From: Caldilineaceae bacterium
Lineage (GTDB): Bacteria; Chloroflexota; Anaerolineae; Caldilineales; Caldilineaceae
Direction of reading: 5' to 3'
DNA length: 64,000 nucleotides
NCBI GenBank assembly: GCA_022823185.1
Contig: JAJDXQ010000006.1
Location: 70,738-134,737 of the forward strand
In this document: positions 55,291 through 63,312 of the stretch, piece by piece
Numbering within the stretch: position 1 is the first letter of the stretch
How the letters are laid out: the number at the start of each line of letters is the position of its first letter
Notes under the pieces: generated by a model
The model's database searches: none
What the model was told of the DNA's origin: nothing
Seen by the model: only the letters and a program-made list of their open reading frames with translations
Position numbers and translations under genes: made by a program

Positions 55291-56322
55291 ATGACCATCC
55301 TGCTGGCTCTTGCCGCCGGTCTGACGCTCGGTTATCTCCTCGAAAGAGGCGATTTCTGCTTCCATAGCGCCTTGCGCGGCCTCTTCCGACGCCCAAGTCA
55401 ACTGAACCTGACGCGCGCCTATCTGTTGTCCATGCTGATCGCCGTGCCCCTCGTCCAGGGCATGATCGCCCTCGGCTGGATCACGCCTTGGGTTGCGCCA
55501 TGGGCCTGGCAGGCAAATCTCGTCGGCGGCCTCATCTTCGGCGCCGGCATGGTCGTCGCCTCTACCTGCGTCACCGGCATCTTCTATAAACTCGGCCACG
55601 GCATGCTCGGTACGCTCGTCGCGCTGGCAACCTGGGCCATCGGCGATCTGCTCGCCTGGCTCGGGCCGCTCAGCCCGCTGCGCTCCGCATTGAACAGCAC
55701 GCCCGTCGCGGCAAATGGCGAGCCAGCTACGCTACTCAATCTGATTGGCTCCCCTTTGGGGATCGGAATCCTGCTCCTGCTGCTCGCAGCCGCCGCTGCC
55801 TTCCTCTGGCGCAGTCCCCGTCCCCGCCAGGGCGAATACTGGTCATGGCTGCCGCTCGGCATTTCCGTAGGTCTGTTCACCAGCCTGGCCTGGCTGCTTG
55901 CCCGCGCCGCCGGCGCAAACTATACTTTCGGCACATCACGCGTCCCCGCCGCGCTGTATGAGTCGCTTCTCGGCGGCGCCGCAACCGGGAACCTGTGGAT
56001 CCCTGTCGCTCTGCTCGCTCTGCTGCCCGGCGCCTTCATCGCCGCCCGCCGCGCCGGCACATTCTGGGCAAGGGGAGAAACGCCCGCCCGCTACACCCAA
56101 CTTGCCGCCGGCGGTCTGCTCATGGGCATCGGCGCCGGCATCTCCGGCGGCTGCAACCTGGGCCACTCACTGGTAGGCGTCCCCCTCCTCAGCCTCGGCA
56201 GCATAACCACCACCCTGGCCATGCTGATCGGCGTCTTCCTGGCCGACCGCGCCGTGGGCCTGTTGCGCCCCCGGCAGCCCCAACCGAATCGAACATCCGC
56301 CGGCGTTGTTTCGCCAGGCTGA
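55291..56322 (+). CDS. YeeE/YedE family sulfur-compound (thiosulfate) transporter
   Basis: 343-aa ORF. LLERGDFCFHSALRG in the first half and GISGGCNLGHSL in the second half (two Sulf_transp repeats with conserved Cys). Confidence 0.8.
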   Translation: MTILLALAAGLTLGYLLERGDFCFHSALRGLFRRPSQLNLTRAYLLSMLIAVPLVQGMIALGWITPWVAPWAWQANLVGGLIFGAGMVVASTCVTGIFYKLGHGMLGTLVALATWAIGDLLAWLGPLSPLRSALNSTPVAANGEPATLLNLIGSPLGIGILLLLLAAAAAFLWRSPRPRQGEYWSWLPLGISVGLFTSLAWLLARAAGANYTFGTSRVPAALYESLLGGAATGNLWIPVALLALLPGAFIAARRAGTFWARGETPARYTQLAAGGLLMGIGAGISGGCNLGHSLVGVPLLSLGSITTTLAMLIGVFLADRAVGLLRPRQPQPNRTSAGVVSPG

Positions 56323-56337
56323 TCAACGTTGATCAGC
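56318..56337. promoter_or_regulatory. Perfect 20-bp palindrome overlapping the yeeE-like stop codon
   Basis: GCTGATCAAC|GTTGATCAGC. Contains two GATC sites and a central AACGTT. Lies 27 nt upstream of the next start (56364). Confidence 0.5.
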
Positions 56338-56363
56338 GATAGAACCTGAACAGGAGCAAAGAT

Positions 56364-56930
56364 ATGGGTCAAGTGGATAGTAGCCGCAGACGGGATAACG
56401 AGATCAGAGAGGAAAACGAGAACCTCAAAGCGCAACTCATCAACATGGGCCAGCGTGAGAGCAGAATGCAACAGGCAGGCGCCATCCTGCGCATCACGCT
56501 GGGCGTTATACTTGTCGCCACCTGGTACAAAAACCTGCAAGATGGAATCTACACGGCCGATGGCATCGTCGGCCTCTTTAACTATCTCTTCAACGACAAC
56601 GGCGGCGGACCCGCCTTCTACCAGGCGATCATCAGCGCCACAATCCTCCAGGTACCCGGACTGTTCGCCGTCTTCCAACTGGTCGGCGAGTTGTTGATGG
56701 GGCTCGGGCTGCTGGTCGGCCTCTTCACCCCTCTGGCCGCCGTCGGCGCCGCCCTCTTCTTCTTCAACCTGTTCCTGGCTTACCTCGGCGGCAACGAGTG
56801 GATCTGGACCTACGTGCTGCTCACCGTCTCTGCCCTGGTTGTCGGACTTGCCCAGTCGGGCCGCGCCTGGGGGTTGGATAGCCTGCTCCTGCGCCGGTTG
56901 GGAGAACCGCCCGGCGGCCCCATTTGGTAA
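56364..56930 (+). CDS. DoxX/DoxD-like membrane protein (second copy; hydrophilic N-terminal extension)
   Basis: 188-aa ORF. GAILRITLGVILVATWYKNL..., LVGELLMGLGLLVGLFTPLAAVG, and a terminal GRAWGLDS parallel to CDS 54711..55163. The start may be an internal Met. Confidence 0.55.
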   Translation: MGQVDSSRRRDNEIREENENLKAQLINMGQRESRMQQAGAILRITLGVILVATWYKNLQDGIYTADGIVGLFNYLFNDNGGGPAFYQAIISATILQVPGLFAVFQLVGELLMGLGLLVGLFTPLAAVGAALFFFNLFLAYLGGNEWIWTYVLLTVSALVVGLAQSGRAWGLDSLLLRRLGEPPGGPIW

Positions 56931-57128
56931 TGCATCATGGTTTTCCGCCCGGCACGCCCCATCGCTTCTCCCATCTTCCGGAGGGGAGCCAGCGGTGCCT
57001 GGCAACGCGAGTTGCGGGCGCAAACCGCTTGACCACTGGAACTCAACTGATCCCGGCTCTCACGGACTGCCCCCCAGGAGAGTTGACCTGGCAACCTGAG
57101 ACCGGATACTGAGAGCTGAGATCTCCGC

Positions 57129-58607
57129 ATGACGGTTCTGAAACTAATCTACATCATCGGCGCTTCGCTGCTGGCCGTCTACGGCCTGCAAGCGCTCCTC
57201 CTGACCCTGATCGCCCGGCGAACGCTTTTCGACGAAACCCCAGCACCGCCTCCCGCCCCCAATGCGTTTCCTTCCGTTACCGTCCAACTCCCCGTCTTCA
57301 ATGAACGCCACGTCGTGCGCCGCCTCATCGACGCCGTCGCCGCCTTTGACTGGCCTGCGGACCGGCTCCAGATTCAGGTCCTGGACGACTCCACCGACGA
57401 CACCAGCCAGATTATCGCAAATAGCGTCGCCTCCCACCGCCGCAATGGCATCGACATCACGCAATGCCGCCGTACCCTCCGCAAAGGCTACAAAGCCGGC
57501 GCCCTCCGTGAAGGGCTTGACGAAGCCCGCGGCGAATTCATCGCCATCTTTGACGCCGATTTCGTGCCCTCTCCAGACTTCCTCCGGCGCACCATCCACG
57601 CCTTCGACGACCCTTCGGTCGGTTGCGTCCAGGCCCGCTGGGGCCATCTGAACGCCAACGTCTCCCGCTTGACTCTCGCTCAGTCCCTCGGCATCGACGG
57701 CCACTTTATCGTCGAACAGAAGGCCCGCAATGATCTCGGCGCCCTCCTCAACTTCAACGGCACCGCCGGACTCTGGCGGCGCTCCTGTATGGACGAGGCC
57801 GGCGGCTGGCAGGAGGACACCCTCACCGAAGATCTTGACCTCAGCTACAGGGCCCAGCTGCGCGGCTGGCGCGTCGCCTATCTGCCCGAAGTGACTGTGC
57901 CCGCAGAGATCCCCGTCTCCGTCGACGCCTTCAAACGACAACAGTTCCGCTGGGCCAAGGGCAGTATGCAAACCGCCAAAAAACTGTTCTTGGCCGTCCT
58001 CGGCTCCTCCCATCCTCTCTGGCGCAAGGCCCTCGGCATCGCCCATTTGACAGGCTACGCCGTCCACCCGCTGATGCTGCTCAACCTGCTCTTCCTGTTG
58101 CCCGTGATGTCCTCCTTCAGCCCTGCGCTTCAATTCGCATCCCTCCTTTCTCTTTCCGCCATCGGCCCGCCTCTGATGTACTGGTCCGCCATGCAGAGCC
58201 AGGGCATTCCCGTCCGGATCCGCGTTCGGCGCCTCATCGTGCTGCTCGGCCTGGGAACCGGCCTCTCCGTCAACAACAGCCGCGCCGTTTTCGAGGCCAT
58301 TCTCGGCGTTCGCAGCGCCTTCAAACGCACGCCGAAATTCGCCGTCACCCGCGCCGGCAAAGACTGGCACACCAGCGCATACGCCCTGCCCAGCGACCCC
58401 ACCGTCTGGGCCGAAATGATTCTCGCCATCTACGCCAACGCGCTGCTGGTGTACAGCCTCTTCAATGGCTTCTGGTGGCTTTTCCCCTGGCTCTCCCTCT
58501 ACGCCTGCGGCTATACCTATATCTCCTACCTTTCCATTCGCCAGGCCTGGGAAAGACGCGGCGCGCTGCGCCACGGTCTGCCCGCTGTGCAGGAGGTGGG
58601 AGATTGA
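57129..58607 (+). CDS. Processive family-2 glycosyltransferase (cellulose-synthase/CslA-like)
   Basis: 492-aa ORF. VLDDSTDDT, FDADFVP, TEDLDLSYR and QQFRWAKG (D,D,D,QxxRW), with N- and C-terminal TM spans. Confidence 0.85.
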   Translation: MTVLKLIYIIGASLLAVYGLQALLLTLIARRTLFDETPAPPPAPNAFPSVTVQLPVFNERHVVRRLIDAVAAFDWPADRLQIQVLDDSTDDTSQIIANSVASHRRNGIDITQCRRTLRKGYKAGALREGLDEARGEFIAIFDADFVPSPDFLRRTIHAFDDPSVGCVQARWGHLNANVSRLTLAQSLGIDGHFIVEQKARNDLGALLNFNGTAGLWRRSCMDEAGGWQEDTLTEDLDLSYRAQLRGWRVAYLPEVTVPAEIPVSVDAFKRQQFRWAKGSMQTAKKLFLAVLGSSHPLWRKALGIAHLTGYAVHPLMLLNLLFLLPVMSSFSPALQFASLLSLSAIGPPLMYWSAMQSQGIPVRIRVRRLIVLLGLGTGLSVNNSRAVFEAILGVRSAFKRTPKFAVTRAGKDWHTSAYALPSDPTVWAEMILAIYANALLVYSLFNGFWWLFPWLSLYACGYTYISYLSIRQAWERRGALRHGLPAVQEVGD

Positions 58608-59530
58608 CCGCCCAAAACGAAGAGTCAGCGCAAATCAGCAGCGGCGGGCTGCCCTCGCCCCACGCAACGTCCCTGCCCGGGAACAGCCCCCTCCTTCGCC
58701 CCTCCATCCCACCCCAGGAAGAACAACCCTCCCGCCGCGCCCTCCTTGTCATGGCCAAACAACCGATCGCCGGCAATGCCAAGACCCGCCTCGTCCCGCC
58801 CCTCACCAGCGCCGCCGCAGCCACCCTCTACCACTGCTTCCTGCAGGATATCCTCGCGACCGTGCGCGCCGCCGCCCGCGACGTACCCTTCACCCCGGTC
58901 ATCGCTTACACCCCCGCCGCGGCGCAGGATTTCTTCCGCCGGCTCGCCCCCGATTTCTGGCTGATCAGCCAGCAGAGCCCCGCTCGAGCAACCGCCCCCG
59001 ATCCGCCTGCAGCCGGCGCGCCGCCAGCGCCGAACCCGCGGCCCGCCCCTGCCGCGCCGCAGCCTGAGCCGCCCGTTCAACAGCCGGAACGGTTGGGAGA
59101 CCGCCTCCAATTCGTCCTCTCCGCTGCCCTGGATCACGGCTTTCGCCAGGTCGCTGCCATCAACAGCGACAGCCCCACCTTGCCGCCCCGCCTGCTCCGC
59201 TCCGCCTTTCAAAGTCTGGACGACCCCCGGATAGATGCCGTCTTTGGCCCCTGCGCCGACGGCGGCTACTACCTTATCGGCGTCGAAAATCCTCCCGGAC
59301 GCCTCGTTACCGACGTGCAAATGTCCACCTCAACCGTCCTGCGTGATACACTGGCCATCGCCGACGAAGAAGGGACACGCATCGACCTCCTGCCAGAGTG
59401 GTACGATGTCGACAGCGCCCGCGATCTCGACCGCCTGACCGCCGAACTGGCCTCTCATCCGGAACGCGCCCCCGCCACGGTTCGTTTTCTTGCAACAGCA
59501 TGGACGTCGATGTCATCATCCCAGCCCTGA
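58604..59530 (+). CDS. DUF2064 / TIGR04282-type glycosyltransferase-like protein with a Pro/Ala-rich insertion
   Basis: ORF 58475..59530. TTG 58604 overlaps the GT2 stop (TTGA). RALLVMAKQPIAGNAKTRLVPPL...LYHCFLQDIL and DSPTLP..GPCADGGYYLIG motifs. Low-complexity insert at nt 58981-59090. Confidence 0.65.
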   Translation: MTAQNEESAQISSGGLPSPHATSLPGNSPLLRPSIPPQEEQPSRRALLVMAKQPIAGNAKTRLVPPLTSAAAATLYHCFLQDILATVRAAARDVPFTPVIAYTPAAAQDFFRRLAPDFWLISQQSPARATAPDPPAAGAPPAPNPRPAPAAPQPEPPVQQPERLGDRLQFVLSAALDHGFRQVAAINSDSPTLPPRLLRSAFQSLDDPRIDAVFGPCADGGYYLIGVENPPGRLVTDVQMSTSTVLRDTLAIADEEGTRIDLLPEWYDVDSARDLDRLTAELASHPERAPATVRFLATAWTSMSSSQP

Positions 59531-60183
59531 ACGAGGCCGGCAACATCGCCCAGCTCGTGCGCGAAGCCGCAGCGCAGCCGGTCGCCCGCGTCATCGTCAC
59601 CGATAACGGCTCCACCGACGGCACCGGAACCCTCGCCGCTGAGGCCGGCGCGCACGTGGTCCTCGAGCCCCGCCCCGGCTACGGGTACGCCTGTGCCGCC
59701 GGCGCCGCCGCCGCAACCGCCGACATCCTCCTCTTCCTCGACGGCGACTTCAGCTCCCTTCCAGCCGAAATGCCCCGCCTCATCAACCCGCTTCAGCAGG
59801 GGCGGGCCGACCTGGTTCTCGGCTCGCGGGTGCTCGGCGAAATCCTGCCCGGCGCAATGCCGCCCCACCAGCGCTTCGGAAACTGGCTCACCTCCGCTCT
59901 CATGCGGTCACTCTACCGCGTTCCCGTCACCGACCTCGGCCCCTACCGCGCCATCCGCCGCGACCTCCTGCTGAAACTGCGCATGCAGGAAATGACCTTC
60001 GGCTGGCCTACCGAAATGATGGTAAAATGCGCCAGGCTGGGCGTGCCCATTCTCGAAGTGCCCGTCAGCTTCGCGCCCCGCCGCGCAGGCCAGTCCAAAG
60101 TCAGCGGCACCCTCCGCGGCTCCTTCCTGGCCGCCTACTACATTCTCGGCGTCACCCTGCGCTACGCCTTCACCAACCAATAG
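59500..60183 (+). CDS. Family-2 glycosyltransferase (DPM1/TIGR04283-like)
   Basis: ORF 59398..60183 trimmed to ATG 59500. MDVDVIIPALNEAGNI...VIVTDNGSTDGT...LFLDGDFS. Confidence 0.8.
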   Translation: MDVDVIIPALNEAGNIAQLVREAAAQPVARVIVTDNGSTDGTGTLAAEAGAHVVLEPRPGYGYACAAGAAAATADILLFLDGDFSSLPAEMPRLINPLQQGRADLVLGSRVLGEILPGAMPPHQRFGNWLTSALMRSLYRVPVTDLGPYRAIRRDLLLKLRMQEMTFGWPTEMMVKCARLGVPILEVPVSFAPRRAGQSKVSGTLRGSFLAAYYILGVTLRYAFTNQ

Positions 60184-60233
60184 ACGCCTGCCCATAGAAG
60201 AACCGTTTCTCACACCGCGCCGCCCACCGGCGC

Positions 60234-60276
60234 TAACTGACCACTGACCACCAACCACTGACCCCCGACCGCTGCC
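60234..60276 (+). repeat. Heptamer tandem-repeat element, copy c (six units)
   Basis: TAACTGA CCACTGA CCACCAA CCACTGA CCCCCGA CCGCTGC C. Ends 4 nt before ATG 60280. Confidence 0.8.
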
Positions 60277-60279
60277 CTC

Positions 60280-61200
60280 ATGTCCCATCGCAAGGCGATC
60301 TACTACCAGGCCCTCGCTGCCATACTCTTCAGTACAAGCGGCCTGCTGATCAAGGTGATCTCCGTCGAGCCGCTGCCTCTGTTGGGCGTGCGCGGCGCTG
60401 TCGCCGCGCTGGCCATCGCCCTCTACATGGCGCGTCCTTTCCTGCAAACCGCGCGCCGGAACCCATCTGACGGCACGCGACCCAGACATCAGAGGCCCCG
60501 TCTGAAATTTCGCCTGACGCTCCCAATGCTCGGTGGGGCCATATCCCTCGTCGGCGCCCAGGCCTTCTTCATCATCGCAGTCCGCGAGACCACCGCCGCC
60601 AACGCGATCTTTCTCCAGTACACCGCGCCGATCTTCGTCGCCTTCTTCGGCATTCACTATCTCCGCGAATCCGTCGGCAAACTGGACTGGCTTGCCCTTG
60701 CCGCCGTAGGCGCGGGTCTCCTCTGCTTCTACGGCGACGGCCTGACCGCCGGCGGCGCCTTTGGAAACCTCTTCGGCCTGCTGGCCGGCCTGGCATTCGC
60801 CTGGTTTCTCCTCTTCATGCGCAAACAGAAGGATACATCGACCATTGAAACCGTCCTGCTCGGCAACCTCCTCTCCGCGCTGCTGGGGCTCCCCTTCCTG
60901 CTCGGCGCCGCGCCAACCCTTTCCGACTGGATGGGAATGCTCTTTCTCGGTCTCTTCCAGATCGGTCTCCCCTCTATCCTCATCGCCGTCGCAATCAAAA
61001 AGCTGACCGCCGTCGAAGCCATCCTCATCCAGACTCTGGAGCCGGTCCTCAACCCAGTCTGGGTCCTTCTCTTTATCGGCGAGATGCCCACGGCTCTCGC
61101 GCTGCTGGGTGGAGCCATCGTTGTCGGCGCGGTCACTTTCCGCTCCATCCTCTCCACCCGCACACAGCCCGCGCAGCCGGCCTCCCAGCCTACCGCATGA
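60280..61200 (+). CDS. EamA/DMT-superfamily transporter
   Basis: 306-aa ORF. Ten hydrophobic spans in two EamA-like halves, with AANAIFLQYTAPIFVAFFG. Confidence 0.8.
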   Translation: MSHRKAIYYQALAAILFSTSGLLIKVISVEPLPLLGVRGAVAALAIALYMARPFLQTARRNPSDGTRPRHQRPRLKFRLTLPMLGGAISLVGAQAFFIIAVRETTAANAIFLQYTAPIFVAFFGIHYLRESVGKLDWLALAAVGAGLLCFYGDGLTAGGAFGNLFGLLAGLAFAWFLLFMRKQKDTSTIETVLLGNLLSALLGLPFLLGAAPTLSDWMGMLFLGLFQIGLPSILIAVAIKKLTAVEAILIQTLEPVLNPVWVLLFIGEMPTALALLGGAIVVGAVTFRSILSTRTQPAQPASQPTA

Positions 61201-61219
61201 CTTCGCGACCAGGACCACA

Positions 61220-63265
61220 GTGAGCCGCCTGAACGCCCCCTTCGAAGCCCGCAACGCGATCGCCTACGCACGCCTTTCTTCGATCCGGCAGCGCATCCAG
61301 GCCTCCTCCCTGCCCGAGCTATTCGTCCTCCTTTTGGCCGCTCTGCCCCGCTTCTGGCGCCTGGAATACCACAGCGTCTGGTTCGACGAAGCCATCTCCC
61401 TCGACTGGGCCAGGCTCGGACCGGCCCCCATCTGGGCGGACACCTTCCAGCTGATCAGAGACAAACATCCCCCCGCCTACTATCTTGCGCTCCACTACTG
61501 GCAAACCTCTCTCGGCTGGTTCGGCGCAGACCAGAGCGACGCCGCCCTCCGCGTCTTCGGCGTCCTCTTGGGGATTCTCATGGTCTGGGGCGTCCTTCGT
61601 CTTGTAACCCGTCTGAGCAGCCGCGTTGAGGGCCTGCTCGCCGGAGCCTTCACCGCGCTCGCGCCCCTGCTTGTCTGGTACAGCCAGGAGCTGCGCATGT
61701 TCCAGCCCGCCGCGACCGCCATCGTCTGGGCCGCCTTCTTCCTCACTGCCGCCCGCGACCACGCCTCTCCTCACGCCGAGTCACAGGGCAGAAGCCCCGT
61801 TCGGGCTCGCATTCTCTGCTGGGTCGGCCTCATAACGGCGCTCACTTTCGCTCTCTACAGTTATCTCTACGCAGCCTTCTTCCTGCCCGGCCTTGGCCTG
61901 GCCGTGTTTCTGCAAGCCCGCCGCAATGGCTCGCTGGACAGACGCTACATTCTCGAGGCCGTCGCCGTCTTCGCGGCCGTCGCCCTCCTCTTCCTGCCTC
62001 TTGCCCGCAGCGCCTGGGCCGTCAACAGCGCATCCAGCGCGCCCGGCGTCCCCTTTGCCGACTTCCTGCCCAACCTCTGGCGCCAGCTGCGTCTCTTCAC
62101 AGTCTGGCATACCGGCTGGCCCGACGCTGTCCGCGCCGCCGCCGTCCTCTTCTTCGCCCTGCTCGTTCTCGCCGGTCTCCTCCTCCCTCGCCGCGTCCGC
62201 CGTGATGCACGTCCATACCTGTGGCTCTGGATCAGCGCGCCGCTCCTGATCGGCAGCGCGCTGCTCGCCACCAACGGGGCCATCTTCCGCGAGGACCGCT
62301 ACTTCCTCTTTGTCGCCCCCTTCGTCCTCTGGGCCGCGGCCCGCGGCGCATGCGCGCTCGCCAGATGGAGCCCGTCTACAGGCGCTCTTGCCGGCCTCGC
62401 CGGCCTCGTCCTCCTCGCCGCTTCACTGCCCGTCCTCTGGACGCCGCCGCTCTTCCGCGAAAATTGGCGCGCCGCCGCCGACTATATCCACGCCTACCAG
62501 CAGCGCAGCCCCCACTCCGCCTCAGCCGCGCTCGTCCACCCCTACTTCCTCCTGCCCGCCCTCAACTGGTACCTGCGCCAGCAGCCCGCCGCGGCAGAAA
62601 TGCCCGTCTACGGCAACTTCAACGCCCCGCTGACCTCCGAGCAGGCCGAAACCCTCATCGCCGGCCATCTGCACGACCTGGCCGCGGCCGGCGGCGTCGA
62701 CACACTCTGGCTGCTGCAAAGCCACCTCGCCGGCGTCGATGATCACCGCCTGGTTCAGTCCTGGTTGGATGGAAAATACCCTCTCGTCACCGAGCAATAC
62801 CCGGCCGGCGTGGAAATGCGCGGATATGCGATCCGCTACAGATTCCCCGCTCTGCCCGCGCTCTCAGAGGCCGCCCTCTACCCGGACGCGCCCCTGTTCC
62901 CCGGCGTCAATCTCGCCGCCTGCGAGATCGTCACCCCCGTCGTCGCCGCGCGCGATATCCTCTATCACCCGCCCAGCGGTTGGGTCCATTTGCGGCTATG
63001 GTTAAGCAAAAATGAAGAAGTGAACCAGGCGCCCGCGCTCTTCGCCCTGGTCCAGGCCGAGGATGGCCAGATCTGGGGACGTTCCCTCCAACGCGCCGGC
63101 GACGTTCTTTCCGTCTACCCGCCCACAATCTGGCAGTTAAACGAATACGTCCGGATCGAACTCGATGTAAACCTCAATCCCCTGGCAGCTCCCGGCGCCT
63201 ACAATGTAAAAGTCGAAGCCGAAGGCGAGCCCGGCGTCCCCTGCGGAACCGTCCAACTCGAATAA
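61220..63265 (+). CDS. GT-C fold glycosyltransferase (family 39 / ArnT-PMT_2-like)
   Basis: ORF 61109..63265, whose first 92 nt overlap the EamA gene. GTG 61220 is the likely start. LLLAALPRFWRLEYHSVWFDEAISL (DE motif in the first loop), multiple TM spans, soluble C-terminal domain. Confidence 0.75.
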   Translation: MSRLNAPFEARNAIAYARLSSIRQRIQASSLPELFVLLLAALPRFWRLEYHSVWFDEAISLDWARLGPAPIWADTFQLIRDKHPPAYYLALHYWQTSLGWFGADQSDAALRVFGVLLGILMVWGVLRLVTRLSSRVEGLLAGAFTALAPLLVWYSQELRMFQPAATAIVWAAFFLTAARDHASPHAESQGRSPVRARILCWVGLITALTFALYSYLYAAFFLPGLGLAVFLQARRNGSLDRRYILEAVAVFAAVALLFLPLARSAWAVNSASSAPGVPFADFLPNLWRQLRLFTVWHTGWPDAVRAAAVLFFALLVLAGLLLPRRVRRDARPYLWLWISAPLLIGSALLATNGAIFREDRYFLFVAPFVLWAAARGACALARWSPSTGALAGLAGLVLLAASLPVLWTPPLFRENWRAAADYIHAYQQRSPHSASAALVHPYFLLPALNWYLRQQPAAAEMPVYGNFNAPLTSEQAETLIAGHLHDLAAAGGVDTLWLLQSHLAGVDDHRLVQSWLDGKYPLVTEQYPAGVEMRGYAIRYRFPALPALSEAALYPDAPLFPGVNLAACEIVTPVVAARDILYHPPSGWVHLRLWLSKNEEVNQAPALFALVQAEDGQIWGRSLQRAGDVLSVYPPTIWQLNEYVRIELDVNLNPLAAPGAYNVKVEAEGEPGVPCGTVQLE

Positions 63266-63283
63266 AGCTTCCCGCCCAGCCTC

Positions 63284-63312
63284 TCACTGACCACTGACTA
63301 CTGACTACTGCC
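63284..63312 (+). repeat. Heptamer tandem-repeat element, copy d
   Basis: TCACTGA CCACTGA CTACTGA CTACTGC C. Overlaps the stop codon (63305-07) of the convergent minus-strand gene. Confidence 0.85.

Noticed and set aside
57026-57075. Possible fifth, degenerate copy of the heptamer element (TTGACCACTGGAACTCAACTGATCCCGGCTCTCACGGACTGCC)
   Set aside because: It shares GACCACTG, AACTGA and ACTGCC words, but the 7-nt periodicity is lost. It is not counted as a copy without statistical support.
50882-61271. Long minus-strand ORFs 50882..51721, 53032..53649, 54076..54687, 56091..57023, 57144..58574 (476 aa), 58625..59320, 59908..61254 (448 aa), 60729..61271
   Set aside because: All are antisense to plus-strand genes with clear ABC, YeeE, GT2 or EamA signatures. 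Their translations are Gly/Ala/Glu/Asp/Arg-rich without motifs, which is typical of high-GC shadow ORFs.
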